The notes under the pieces: generated by a model | What the model saw: the letters and a program-made list of their open reading frames with translations, nothing else | The model's database searches: none | What the model was told of the DNA's origin: nothing | Assembly: GCA_044350705.1 (NCBI GenBank) | Contig: JBILHA010000001.1 | Coordinates: 244,242-308,241 of the forward strand | Direction of reading: 5' to 3' | Length of the DNA stretch: 64,000 bases | DNA from: Candidatus Kapaibacterium sp. | GTDB lineage: Bacteria; Patescibacteriota; Patescibacteriia; UBA9934 | Part shown: piece by piece, positions 8,936 to 17,900 of the stretch | Layout of the letters: the number at the start of each line of letters is the position of its first letter | How positions within the stretch are numbered: position 1 is the stretch's first letter | Made by a program: the position numbers and the translations under genes

Positions 8936-11413
8936 ATGGAGGAACGAGGGTGGCATGTCATGAGTGCAGAGGACGTTTTGCGGGTCGTACGAGGAACCCG
9001 AGAGGGACTGTCTCTTGCGCAAGTAGAAGAGCGACAGCGTACATATGGAAAAAACGTTTTGCCTGAGCGGGATCGCATTTCTCCCTTGCGTATTTTCTTT
9101 CGCCAATTTCTTTCTCCTTTAGTCGCTCTCTTGTTTATCGCGGGGGGAGTTTCTTTTTTTCTCGGAGACGTTGTTGATGTTATAAGCATTCTTCTCGTGC
9201 TCTTTTTTAATGCCCTTTTAGGATTCTTTCAGGAATATCGTGCTGATCAGCGCATGCGAGCGTTACGTGCAATGGTGGGGACTTTGGCAACGGTTGAACG
9301 TGCCGGACAGGTGCTGCAGATTCCTGCGGAAGAACTTGTGCCCGGAGATGTGCTTTTTTTACGTGCGGGCATGAAGGTAGGTGCTGATGCTCGTCTTTTT
9401 GCGGTGAATGACCTTGCGAGTCATGAAGCGGCGCTTACGGGAGAAAGTCGCGAAGTGGAAAAGCGTACTGAAGTTCTCCCTTCCCCCGTTCCTTTGTTTG
9501 AGCGATCGAATATGGTGTTTATGGGAACGGCGATCTCTCGGGGTACGGGAAAGGCTCTTGTAGTGGCTACTGCTGGACAAACCGTTTTTGCACGTATTGC
9601 GCATGAAACGCAGCAGACAACGGGGGGAGCGAGTGGTTTTGCGAAGGAATTGAAAAAGACGGGCTTTCTTCTCTCTGGCATCGTTCTTTTTCTTTCCGGA
9701 GGACTCTTTTTACTGGGGATACTTCGGGGTGAAGATGTTTTTTCCATGCTGCAAGTCAGTATTGCACTCGCTGTTGCGGCGATTCCTGAGGGTTTATTGA
9801 TCGCTACCACGGTTGCGCTTGCCGTCGCGCTTCAGCGTATGGCAAGGGAGAAGGTGCTTGTGCGTGAGTTGGGAGTCCCTGAACGTATGAGCGCCGTCAA
9901 TGTTCTTTGCGTTGATAAGACCGGTACTTTGACCGAAGGGAATATGAAGGTGGAGGTATGTGATACTTCTCGTCCTGAAACGGTTCGTTTAGCACTTTCT
10001 GCACTGACTGAGCAAAGTAGAAAGCATGCTTCTCTCGCGCTTTCACTTACCGAGCAGGCGTTGGCGCAGTATATTGTTCGTCAAGGTATCGAAGATGTTG
10101 CGGTTATTCAGAGCGTTCCTTTTTCTTCTGCGACAAAGTTCAGTGAAGCCACCATACAGCGCGAGCGTCATGTTCATACGTTTCGACTTGGTGCTCCTGA
10201 AATGCTCCTTGCTTTACTTTCTGAGGAGTCTTCCGTCGTCGTAGCTCTTCGAGAGCGAGCGAGCGCGCTCACACGAAAAGGGTATCGCGTGCTCACGCTT
10301 TTAGAACGTGAATCGGTTTCTGAGCACTTTGCTTTTCTTGCTTTTTTTGGAATCGCAGATCCTTTGCGTGACGATGCTCAAGAAATGGTCGCACGTATAC
10401 AAGAACAAGGAGTGCGTTTGCTTATGCTTACAGGGGATCATCGAGAAACTGCCCAAGCTGTCGCGCGCCGGTTAGGTATGGAAGGCGAGTGTGTTCATGG
10501 AGATGAGTTGCGGGGTTTATCTGACGCCGATCTTGCACGTCTGTTGCGGAAAGTGAGCGTTATTGCGCGTATGGTTCCTCAAGATAAACTTCGTATTGTG
10601 CGTGCTTTGCAGGCAGATGGTGCGGTGGTAGGTATGACCGGTGATGGGGTAAACGATGGCCCCGCGCTTGCGGCTGCGGATGTAGGCATCGCTCTTCACA
10701 GCGGTACCGATGTTGCGCGTGAAGTTGCCGATGTCGTACTTATGGACGATCGGCTTGCCACCATCTCCCATGCGCTGGAAGAGGGACGAGGAACTTTTTT
10801 GGCATTACAACGGATCTCCGCATATCTGCTCATGCTTTCTTTGGCAAAAATGGGCGTTTTTACGTTTGCGCTTTTATTTGGTGTTCCTGTGCCGCTTTCG
10901 CCAGTGCAATTGCTTTGGCTGAATGTCGTGACCGATGGGATTCTTGCGCTTGGGCTTGCCACGTTTGTTTCGTATGATGCGTTGGATGTCGCATTGCCTC
11001 GGAATAAGATGGAGGGTATTTTTTCTCTTCCTTTTCGACGATTCTTGGTTATTGCGGTGGGCATTCTTACGCTCCCCTTGTGTATGATGTTTCTTTTTAC
11101 CCTTTCACTTTCTGGGCCACAAGCTGCGGGAATATTTTTCGCAGCCTTTGTTTTAGATGCGCTTGTGATGCTGTGGTTTTTTGCACGAATCAAGTCGGTG
11201 CATTTGGGGGTTTTTTTGTTCGTTATCTCTTTTCTTTCTCTTGGAGCTTCATTTTTCCCCTACATTCTTTTTTCCCATGACCTGTCTTTTCCTTCGCCGG
11301 GGATATTTCTTCTTCTTTTCTTTATTTCGCTTCTGAAATGCGTTTTCCTCTGGGCTGTTTGGCGCGTTATCCTCGTACGTAAAGCGTCTCTTTCTCCCGC
11401 ACTGGTATCATAG
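8936..11413 (+). CDS. Cation-transporting P-type ATPase (P2-type, Ca2+/Mg2+-like)
   Basis: Motifs DKTGTLT (phosphorylation site), MLTGDH, GDGVNDGPAL, an N-terminal cation-ATPase-N domain and 10 TM helices. Confidence 0.85.
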   Translation: MEERGWHVMSAEDVLRVVRGTREGLSLAQVEERQRTYGKNVLPERDRISPLRIFFRQFLSPLVALLFIAGGVSFFLGDVVDVISILLVLFFNALLGFFQEYRADQRMRALRAMVGTLATVERAGQVLQIPAEELVPGDVLFLRAGMKVGADARLFAVNDLASHEAALTGESREVEKRTEVLPSPVPLFERSNMVFMGTAISRGTGKALVVATAGQTVFARIAHETQQTTGGASGFAKELKKTGFLLSGIVLFLSGGLFLLGILRGEDVFSMLQVSIALAVAAIPEGLLIATTVALAVALQRMAREKVLVRELGVPERMSAVNVLCVDKTGTLTEGNMKVEVCDTSRPETVRLALSALTEQSRKHASLALSLTEQALAQYIVRQGIEDVAVIQSVPFSSATKFSEATIQRERHVHTFRLGAPEMLLALLSEESSVVVALRERASALTRKGYRVLTLLERESVSEHFAFLAFFGIADPLRDDAQEMVARIQEQGVRLLMLTGDHRETAQAVARRLGMEGECVHGDELRGLSDADLARLLRKVSVIARMVPQDKLRIVRALQADGAVVGMTGDGVNDGPALAAADVGIALHSGTDVAREVADVVLMDDRLATISHALEEGRGTFLALQRISAYLLMLSLAKMGVFTFALLFGVPVPLSPVQLLWLNVVTDGILALGLATFVSYDALDVALPRNKMEGIFSLPFRRFLVIAVGILTLPLCMMFLFTLSLSGPQAAGIFFAAFVLDALVMLWFFARIKSVHLGVFLFVISFLSLGASFFPYILFSHDLSFPSPGIFLLLFFISLLKCVFLWAVWRVILVRKASLSPALVS

Positions 11414-11419
11414 GGGCAT

Positions 11420-12874
11420 ATGCAATTGGAACGTATTGAGCAATTTCAGGACGCGGCGGTTACGGTTATGGGTTTAGGAAAATATAAAGAGGGAAGTGGA
11501 TTTGTTACGGCGACTTGGCTCATCAAGCATGGAGCACAGACGGTGGTGACCGATTTAAAGACCGAAGCGGACTTGCAATCATCCTTACAGCTTCTTATGG
11601 AATGGTACCGAGAATATCGTACTGCCCATCCTGAGGCGAATGTCTATCCGCCGGTTTTTGTGTTAGGTGAGCATCGGAAGGAGGATTTTACTGATGTTGA
11701 TTATGTCGTTCAGAATCCAGGTGTTCCGAGCGAGACCGCGTACATGAAGGCTGCGGAAGAAGCTGGCGTCGATATTGAATCTGATACGAGTATTTTCCTT
11801 CGTTTCTACCCCTATAAAACTATTGCGGTCACGGGCACAAAGGGAAAAACGACAACGACAAAACTATTAGGGGAAATGCTTAAAACGCTTCATCCATCCG
11901 CAATTGTGGCAGGAAATGTGAAGGCATCGCCACTGCAGTTTTTAGATGGAGCGCTGGAGAAGAAGGAGGAAATTCCCGTCGTTTTAGAATTTTCTTCTTG
12001 GATGCTGTTAAGTTTGCCCTATGCTCTTCAGGATCTCGGTCGTGGTCCGGATATTGCGGTTTTAACGAATGTATACCCGGATCATATGGATCGTTATCCG
12101 GATTATGAGGCGTATAAAAAGTCTAAAGAGATCATCTTCGCCTACCAGACGCCTGATCAGGTTGCTATTCTCAATAAAGATCATGCAGAAGTACGAGAAA
12201 TGGCTTCCCGAGTTCCTTCTCGACTTCTCTGGTTTAGCACTGCACCCATGGAGGAAGATGGTTGTTTTATAGAAAATGGCATTGTGAAATATCGACGTGA
12301 AGGAGGTATACAAGACCTTTTAGCGGTTGATGATGTTGCCCTCAAGGGGGAGCATAATCTTTCTAATGCACTTGCTGCTGCGTGTGCCGCTTTGGTGCGT
12401 GGCGTGCCATTGGCAGGTGTAGCGGAGGTTCTGAAGCGCTTTTCAGGTATTGCGGATAGACAGGAGGTGGTGCGTGAAGTGGACGAGGTGACCTATGTGA
12501 ATGATACCGCTTCTACGGCACCTGAAGCGCTCAAAGCTGCTTTGGAGACGTTGGGTACTGAAAAGCGCATCGTTCTTCTTGCGGGCGGTGATTCCCGTGG
12601 CGTTTCGTTTGATGCGGTAGCGCCTGTTATTGCGCACATGTGTAAACAAGTGCTTCTTTTTCCTGGTACCGCAACAGAGGCCTTAGAGAAGGCCCTTTTA
12701 GGAAAGGTGATGGTAGATCATGTCCAAACCATGGAAGAAGCGGTGAAAATGGCGAGAAAATTTGCTGCTCGTGGCGATGTGGTGTTGTTTTCTCCTGGAT
12801 GTCCGGTGGGTCAGCCGTTTGCGAATGAATTTGAAGCAGGCGAAGCGTTTCGTGAAGAGGTGAGAAAGATATAG
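11420..12874 (+). CDS. murD: UDP-N-acetylmuramoylalanine--D-glutamate ligase MurD
   Basis: N-terminal Rossmann MurD-like domain, Mur-ligase P-loop VTGTKGKTTTT and a C-terminal Mur ligase domain. Confidence 0.8.
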   Translation: MQLERIEQFQDAAVTVMGLGKYKEGSGFVTATWLIKHGAQTVVTDLKTEADLQSSLQLLMEWYREYRTAHPEANVYPPVFVLGEHRKEDFTDVDYVVQNPGVPSETAYMKAAEEAGVDIESDTSIFLRFYPYKTIAVTGTKGKTTTTKLLGEMLKTLHPSAIVAGNVKASPLQFLDGALEKKEEIPVVLEFSSWMLLSLPYALQDLGRGPDIAVLTNVYPDHMDRYPDYEAYKKSKEIIFAYQTPDQVAILNKDHAEVREMASRVPSRLLWFSTAPMEEDGCFIENGIVKYRREGGIQDLLAVDDVALKGEHNLSNALAAACAALVRGVPLAGVAEVLKRFSGIADRQEVVREVDEVTYVNDTASTAPEALKAALETLGTEKRIVLLAGGDSRGVSFDAVAPVIAHMCKQVLLFPGTATEALEKALLGKVMVDHVQTMEEAVKMARKFAARGDVVLFSPGCPVGQPFANEFEAGEAFREEVRKI

Positions 12875-12890
12875 AGAAAGGATAAGGCGG

Positions 12891-14264
12891 GTGAAGACGG
12901 ATGTGGCGGATAATGGCCTCATTTGTTACTCTGAAAGAAAATGCTTATCTATGCTCCATGCTTTGAAAAAGGCTGTTCCACAGCCTTTGCTCCAGATTTA
13001 TCATGCTAGCCTTGGGTATTTGGCTGGTATGGTGTACCGGCATCCTTCTGATGAAATGGTGGTTATTGGGGTGACGGGGACAAATGGAAAATCCACGACT
13101 GTTCAGTTTATTGCTCAGCTTCTTTGTGAACTAGGTGAAAAAGTGGGATATACCTCTACCGCAGGTTTTTCTATTGCGGGAAGGTCGGTTGAGAATCGTA
13201 TGAAAATGACCATGCCGGGTCGTTTTGTGTTGCAAAAAATGTTGCGGGATATGCGCGATGCGGGCTGCACCTATGCCATTGTTGAAACTTCCTCGCAGGG
13301 ACTCGCGCAGTTTCGTCATGTAAGTATCAACTATGATGTTGCGGTATTTACGAACTTAACCCCTGAGCACATTGAGGCTCACGGAAGTTTTGATGCGTAT
13401 AAGCGCGCAAAGGGTCTTTTATTTTCTCATCTTACCGCTCGTGCGCACAAGGTTCTTGCGGGAAAGCGCATTGCGAAGCAAATCGTGGTGAATCGTGATG
13501 ATGAGCATTCTGCTTTTTATGCGCAGTTTCCCGCGGATCGTCATTGGTCTTTTGGATGGAATGTGCATCCGGAAGAAGGGGTGTATGCAGAAGATATTTC
13601 TGGAGATGGGGAAGGTGCGCGAGTGCGTGTAGCCGGGAAGGAGGTTTCTTGGCAACTTCCCGCGCATTTTTCTCGTCTTAATGCGCTTGCGGCGATTACC
13701 GCGGTGCATGCGTGTGGTTTTCCCCTCGCAGACGTTCTTCAAGCTTCAGAGAAACTCCATGATGTCGCAGGACGATTTGAGCGCATTGCGCTCGGGCAAC
13801 CTTTTACGGTGATTGTGGATTACGCCTATGAGCCGTATGCCTTGCGTGCGCTTCTTGATTCCTTGCCACCTTATACGGGAAAAGTTATTGGTGTTCATGG
13901 TTCAGCGGGGGGAGGGCGTGATAAGGCACGTCGTCCGCTTATTGGAAATTTGGCCGCAGAGCGTGAGGATGTAGTGATCGTAACGAATGAAGATCCGTAC
14001 GATGAAGATCCGCAGGTCATCATTGATGCGGTTGCTGCGGGCGCACGGGAGAAAGGGAAGCGTGAGGGAGAAGATTTGTTCCTTATTTCTGATCGAGGAG
14101 AAGCGATTCGCTTTGCGTTGCAACAGGCTGAGCCAGGGGATGTTGTTCTTATTACCGGAAAGGGGTCGGAGCCGGTTATGGCGGTTGCGGGCGGGAAAAC
14201 CATTCCTTGGGATGACCGACAGGTGGTTCGAAACGTGCTATCATCTTTAGGGTATGGCGCATAA
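12891..14264 (+). CDS. murE: Mur ligase, most like MurE (UDP-MurNAc-tripeptide synthetase)
   Basis: P-loop VTGTNGKSTT; C-terminal GDVVLITGKGSE…IPWDDRQVV resembles the MurE GKGHE…DDR ending. MurF cannot be excluded. Confidence 0.65.
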   Translation: MKTDVADNGLICYSERKCLSMLHALKKAVPQPLLQIYHASLGYLAGMVYRHPSDEMVVIGVTGTNGKSTTVQFIAQLLCELGEKVGYTSTAGFSIAGRSVENRMKMTMPGRFVLQKMLRDMRDAGCTYAIVETSSQGLAQFRHVSINYDVAVFTNLTPEHIEAHGSFDAYKRAKGLLFSHLTARAHKVLAGKRIAKQIVVNRDDEHSAFYAQFPADRHWSFGWNVHPEEGVYAEDISGDGEGARVRVAGKEVSWQLPAHFSRLNALAAITAVHACGFPLADVLQASEKLHDVAGRFERIALGQPFTVIVDYAYEPYALRALLDSLPPYTGKVIGVHGSAGGGRDKARRPLIGNLAAEREDVVIVTNEDPYDEDPQVIIDAVAAGAREKGKREGEDLFLISDRGEAIRFALQQAEPGDVVLITGKGSEPVMAVAGGKTIPWDDRQVVRNVLSSLGYGA

Positions 14265-14679
14265 TGCGCGAACACTTTCTCCTCGTACCTGGCTCACCGT
14301 TGCCGTTGTTGGCCTTCTTTTGTTTGTCGCGTTCGCATTTGTGCGTGAATACGTAAGAAATATCGACATTGCTACTGAGCTTGAGCGTATGGAAGCTGAG
14401 AATGCGGCACTCAATGCCCAGCATCTCGCTTCTCTTGAGCTCATCTCTCAGCTTTCTACTGAAACTGCCGTTGAAGGCGAGGCTCGTACGAAACTGAACC
14501 TCGCAAAGGAAGGAGAGACAATGTATGTCGTGCAAGATGGTGCACAAGAAATTGCCGGAGAAGGCGATGCTTCTGCGGAAGAAGCGCTTACCGTTGCTAC
14601 AGACCCTTCTCTGAGTAACCCTGCAAAGTGGTTTTATTATTTCTTCGCACCTCCTGAACATCGTGAAGGTGCGCTATGA
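14254..14679 (+). CDS. Septum-formation initiator family protein (FtsB/DivIC/FtsL-like)
   Basis: N-terminal TM helix followed by a coiled coil (ELERMEAENAALNAQ) and position after murE. Overlaps the murE stop. Confidence 0.5.
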   Translation: MAHNARTLSPRTWLTVAVVGLLLFVAFAFVREYVRNIDIATELERMEAENAALNAQHLASLELISQLSTETAVEGEARTKLNLAKEGETMYVVQDGAQEIAGEGDASAEEALTVATDPSLSNPAKWFYYFFAPPEHREGAL

Positions 14680-15479
14680 CCGATGCTCGAAAGGTTTGGT
14701 TGCGCCGTAGTGGCATAGGATTTCTTTTTTTGTGGTTTTCTCTCCAATTTGGAGCGATGTTTTTTCACGCAGGTGAAGGATTTTCTCGAAATTTTTCTCA
14801 TTTTGTTTTACCTCCTGCGTGGGTAGGTTTTTCACCGGTTTCCTATCGGCAAGTCGTTGAGACTGCGCATGCATTTGTTGCCCTTCAGATCGCTCCTTCT
14901 TATCAGGAAGCATTTCCCCTCGCTCTTGCTTTTGCGGTGCGTGACGAGCGGCTTCAGCGCCTTTTAGGAGATCGGGCGTTGGAATCTGAGGATGTTTTTA
15001 CAGAAGATGATCATGCGCTTTTGCGTGATGCGGGGCTTTCTCTTCATGAACAGGAGAAGTTTCTTATACTGCCTCTTCTTCGCTTTCGACAATCTTCGAC
15101 GTTACGTAATGAAATTCTCCCCTCCCAAGAAATGCGCATGCAGAGCGTGCTCGAGAAAATTCAACTTGATATGCCATTTGCGGATATCGCGCGCTATTAT
15201 TCGGAAGATAGTTCCGCGATGGATGGGGGGGATCTCGGTGTTTTTCTTCTTTCTGAGCTGCCTGATTGGGCGTGGCAGGTAGGTACCCTGGGGATTGGTG
15301 AGGTGCGATCAGATTTTGTAGGAGCGGATGCGCTTTGGGTGCTTAAGGTGGTGGATAAAGGGGGTATCGGGGATGAGGCTTGGGTGCATATCCGTGGAAT
15401 TGCTATTAATAAGCCGACTTTGGGCGCAATTTTGCGCGCCCATGCTGCGGAGTATCCCGCATGGGTTTTTGTGTGGTAA
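14676..15479 (+). CDS. Parvulin-type peptidyl-prolyl cis-trans isomerase (PpiC/SurA/PrsA-like)
   Basis: C-terminal rotamase motif ...FADIARYYSEDSSAMDGGDLGVF... Confidence 0.55.
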   Translation: MTDARKVWLRRSGIGFLFLWFSLQFGAMFFHAGEGFSRNFSHFVLPPAWVGFSPVSYRQVVETAHAFVALQIAPSYQEAFPLALAFAVRDERLQRLLGDRALESEDVFTEDDHALLRDAGLSLHEQEKFLILPLLRFRQSSTLRNEILPSQEMRMQSVLEKIQLDMPFADIARYYSEDSSAMDGGDLGVFLLSELPDWAWQVGTLGIGEVRSDFVGADALWVLKVVDKGGIGDEAWVHIRGIAINKPTLGAILRAHAAEYPAWVFVW

Positions 15480-15540
15480 AGGTGCTTTACGAAACTTCCT
15501 CTTTATGATTTACTATTTCCGCTTTTGAACGTTCGTTTTT

Positions 15541-15615
15541 GCGGGCGTGGTGTAGCGGTAACATGTTTGCTTCCCAAGCAAAAGATCGCCGGTTCGATCC
15601 CGGTCGCCCGCTCCA
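15541..15615 (+). tRNA. tRNA-Gly (anticodon CCC)
   Basis: Acceptor GCGGGCG/CGCCCGC, anticodon stem TTTGC/GCAAA with loop tTCCCaa, T-loop GGTTCGATCC, encoded CCA. Confidence 0.8.
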
Positions 15616-15666
15616 CGAAAAATTTATCTTCCTTATCCTTTTCTTTGTAAAGAGTGATGATAAGTG

Positions 15667-15793
15667 AAGATGTGCCACTAAGTTTGTTCAGATTCAAGGA
15701 GCCGACGAGCACGGCCGAGGCGTAGGTAAATCCTACGGTGAGGCCGCGCGCAGGAGGCGACGCCGAAGATGGACAAACTTGGGTGGCACATCT
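15667..15793 (+). ncRNA. Candidate structured RNA / long hairpin spacer between tRNA-Gly and tRNA-Thr
   Basis: About 20-bp imperfect inverted repeat (AGATGTGCCACTAAGTTTGT ... ACAAACTTGGGTGGCACATCT) enclosing a GC-rich ~85-nt interior with a perfect hairpin CGTAGG-TAAAT-CCTACG. Ends 2 nt before the tRNA-Thr 5' end. Family unknown. Confidence 0.4.
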
Positions 15794-15795
15794 GT

Positions 15796-15871
15796 GCCGA
15801 TGTAGCTCAGTTGGTAGAGCAGCGGTATCGTAAACCGCAGGTCACCGGTTCGAGCCCGGTCATCGGCTCCA
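15796..15871 (+). tRNA. tRNA-Thr (anticodon CGT)
   Basis: Acceptor GCCGATG/CATCGGC, D-arm GCTC-AGTTGGTA-GAGC, anticodon stem GCGGT/ACCGC with loop aTCGTaa, T-loop GGTTCGAGCC, CCA. Confidence 0.85.
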
Positions 15872-15886
15872 GAAAGATCGTCTGTC

Positions 15887-16612
15887 ATGCACAGGCGATT
15901 TTTCTTTTGTGCGCTATACTATTGGTATGTGATTACGCTTCGTAATGTCACGAAAGTTTATCCTCCTGATGTTCATGCCTTGCGTGGAGTAACTTTTCAT
16001 ATCGAGCCTGGAGAATTCGTGTCTATCGTAGGATCAAGTGGAAGTGGAAAGACGACCATTGCTAAACTTCTTTCGGCTGAAGAAAAGCCCACCGAGGGTC
16101 AAGTTATTATTGGAGAATGGGATATCTCGCGGATTCCTCATTATCAAGTTCCCACGCTTCGTCGTCAATTAGGGATGGTTTTTCAAGATTATAAACTTCT
16201 TCCTAAGAAGACTGCCTTTGAAAATGTTGCCTTTGCATTGGAAGTTGCGGGAGAACATTCAAAGCGTATTCAAGAGATCGTTCCCCAAGTGATGAAAATT
16301 GTTGGACTTGCGGATAAGGCACACCGTTATCCTCGACAGCTTTCAGGAGGTGAGCAGCAGCGTGTCTCGATTGCTCGCGCTTTAGTACATCGTCCAAAGA
16401 TCATGCTTGCGGATGAGCCTACGGGAAATTTGGATGCCGTCACCGCGCGAGAAATCATTGAGCTTCTCAAGCGTATCAATGAATTTGGTACGACGGTTGT
16501 GCTCGTTACGCATGATCGCGATATTGTGAATGCGCTCAACCGTCGAGTGATTACGGTACAAAAGGGGGAGATTGTTTCTGATGTTGCGAAAGGTAAGTAT
16601 CATCTTGGATAG
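15887..16612 (+). CDS. ftsE: Cell-division ABC transporter ATP-binding protein FtsE
   Basis: Walker A GSSGSGKTT, ABC signature LSGGEQQRV, Walker B MLADEPTGNLD. The real start may be the GTG about 40 nt downstream (VITLRNVTKVY). Confidence 0.85.
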   Translation: MHRRFFFCALYYWYVITLRNVTKVYPPDVHALRGVTFHIEPGEFVSIVGSSGSGKTTIAKLLSAEEKPTEGQVIIGEWDISRIPHYQVPTLRRQLGMVFQDYKLLPKKTAFENVAFALEVAGEHSKRIQEIVPQVMKIVGLADKAHRYPRQLSGGEQQRVSIARALVHRPKIMLADEPTGNLDAVTAREIIELLKRINEFGTTVVLVTHDRDIVNALNRRVITVQKGEIVSDVAKGKYHLG

Positions 16613-16615
16613 TCT

Positions 16616-17527
16616 ATGCGCGCTTTTTTTCGCATGGTGAAGTTTGCCTTCCAAGGCATTTTCCGGAATTTCTGGCTGTCGTTTGTTACGACGTCGGTGC
16701 TTTTTTTGACGCTTTTGACGATCAATGCCGTCATTATTCTCAATGTACTTGCTACGGCATCAGTGCGTGCTATTGAAGATCGTGTGCAGGTTGAGCTCTA
16801 TTTTGTACCAGGGACGAGTGAGGATGTTGTGAAATCGGTGCGAGGATATCTTATTGGCTTGCCGCAGGTAAAAGATGTTGCCACAGTTTCTGCCGAGGAA
16901 GCTCTTGTGTCGTTTCGGGAGCGGCATGCGAATGATGCAGAGATTCTCGCGGCACTTGATGAAGTGGAAGGAAATCCCTTCGGAGATGCCCTTCGTGTAC
17001 AGGCTGAAAATCCTGAAGATTTCCCTTTTATTCTTGAAGCGGTGAATAGTCCTGAATTTTCGCAATACATCAAAGACAAGGACTACGCTGACTATCAGAC
17101 GGTTATTGATCGGCTTTCTGTATTTACTGAACGTATCCGTTTAGGAGGCATTGGTCTTGCAGCCTTTTTTGGCTTGATTTCGGTGCTCATCGTCTTTAAT
17201 ACGATTCGTGTTGCTATTTATACGCATCGTGATGAGATTTCGGTCATGAAACTTGTTGGAGCAAAGGATTGGTTTATTCGCGCTCCTTTTTTGCTGGAGG
17301 CGGTTATCTATGCGTTTGCGGCAACGATGATCATGGGTATCGCGTTGGTATTGGTGTTGTTCTCTTTTGAACCTTTTGTTTCTCGATTCTTTTCAGGAGT
17401 TTCAGTAAGCCTTTCCCGTTTTTATTTAGAGAATGGCATCATGCTATTCTTTGCTCAATGGGCTGGCCTTTCATTCTTGGGTGTTATCACTACTGCTGGG
17501 GCGGTTAGAAAGTTCTTGAGAACCTAG
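16616..17527 (+). CDS. ftsX: Cell-division permease FtsX
   Basis: FtsX topology (TM1, large periplasmic loop, three C-terminal TMs) and immediately follows ftsE. Confidence 0.8.
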   Translation: MRAFFRMVKFAFQGIFRNFWLSFVTTSVLFLTLLTINAVIILNVLATASVRAIEDRVQVELYFVPGTSEDVVKSVRGYLIGLPQVKDVATVSAEEALVSFRERHANDAEILAALDEVEGNPFGDALRVQAENPEDFPFILEAVNSPEFSQYIKDKDYADYQTVIDRLSVFTERIRLGGIGLAAFFGLISVLIVFNTIRVAIYTHRDEISVMKLVGAKDWFIRAPFLLEAVIYAFAATMIMGIALVLVLFSFEPFVSRFFSGVSVSLSRFYLENGIMLFFAQWAGLSFLGVITTAGAVRKFLRT

Positions 17528-17599
17528 ATGAGTTGTGGGGTGTTACTTGGCAAAGTAAGGAATGTTTGGCATAGTGTTACGCGTCTTGTTTTTTCAAGA

Positions 17600-17735
17600 T
17601 AAGTCTCGAATTCCTCTTCATTTCGAGGCAGTTTGGACCTACAGAGGGAGGATTGCTGATCCGTACCTAAATGTACGGAGAGGCAACCGGACTGATAGGG
17701 GCTCCAAAATGACCGAAATGAAGAGGAATTCGCTT
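17600..17735 (+). ncRNA. Candidate structured RNA / long hairpin leader immediately 5' of tRNA-Gln
   Basis: Perfect 19-bp long-range helix (CGAATTCCTCTTCATTTCG ... CGAAATGAAGAGGAATTCG) closing a ~95-nt interior with a central hairpin CCGTAC-CTAAAT-GTACGG. The 3' strand of the helix ends 1 nt before tRNA-Gln. Same architecture as the element at 15667-15793. Confidence 0.4.
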
Positions 17736-17809
17736 TCCGAGATCGTCTAAAGGCAGGACAGCGGCCTTTGAAGCCGTGAATCATGGTTCGAATCCATGTC
17801 TCGGAACCA
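17736..17809 (+). tRNA. tRNA-Gln (anticodon TTG)
   Basis: Acceptor TCCGAGA/TCTCGGA, 3-bp D-stem, anticodon stem GCGGC/GCCGT with loop cTTTGaa, T-arm CATGG-TTCGAAT-CCATG, CCA. Confidence 0.8.
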
Positions 17810-17845
17810 AAAAAAGACTAGCTTTTTAGCTAGTCTTTTTTTGTC
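17810..17845 (+). terminator. Rho-independent terminator after tRNA-Gln
   Basis: AAGACTAGC-TTTTT-GCTAGTCTT perfect hairpin followed by a T7 run. Confidence 0.8.
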
Positions 17846-17900
17846 CTGAGCGCGGCATAGAAGTTGCACAAATTGGGATCTTTACGTTCTTTCGGGAGAC

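Noticed and set aside
8737-9189. ORFs 8737-9189(-), 8803-9066(+) and 8810-9106(-) across the tRNA-Lys downstream region
   Set aside because: They span the tRNA-derived repeats and the start of the P-type ATPase gene. Their translations are Arg-rich with no domain, so they are most likely non-coding.
15616-17735. Possibility that the two tRNA-adjacent hairpin elements are SRP (4.5S) RNA, 6S RNA, tmRNA, RNase P RNA or retron msr/msd
   Set aside because: SRP RNA lacks its domain IV signature here (GGAA tetraloop with the AGCAGC symmetric loop). There is no tRNA-like 3' domain for tmRNA. Both elements are too short for RNase P RNA. No reverse transcriptase gene is adjacent for a retron. They are left as an unassigned family.
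17562-17750. 62-aa ORF between ftsX and tRNA-Gln
   Set aside because: It lies entirely within the long inverted-repeat element and runs into the tRNA-Gln gene, so it is most likely a structural RNA region rather than coding.
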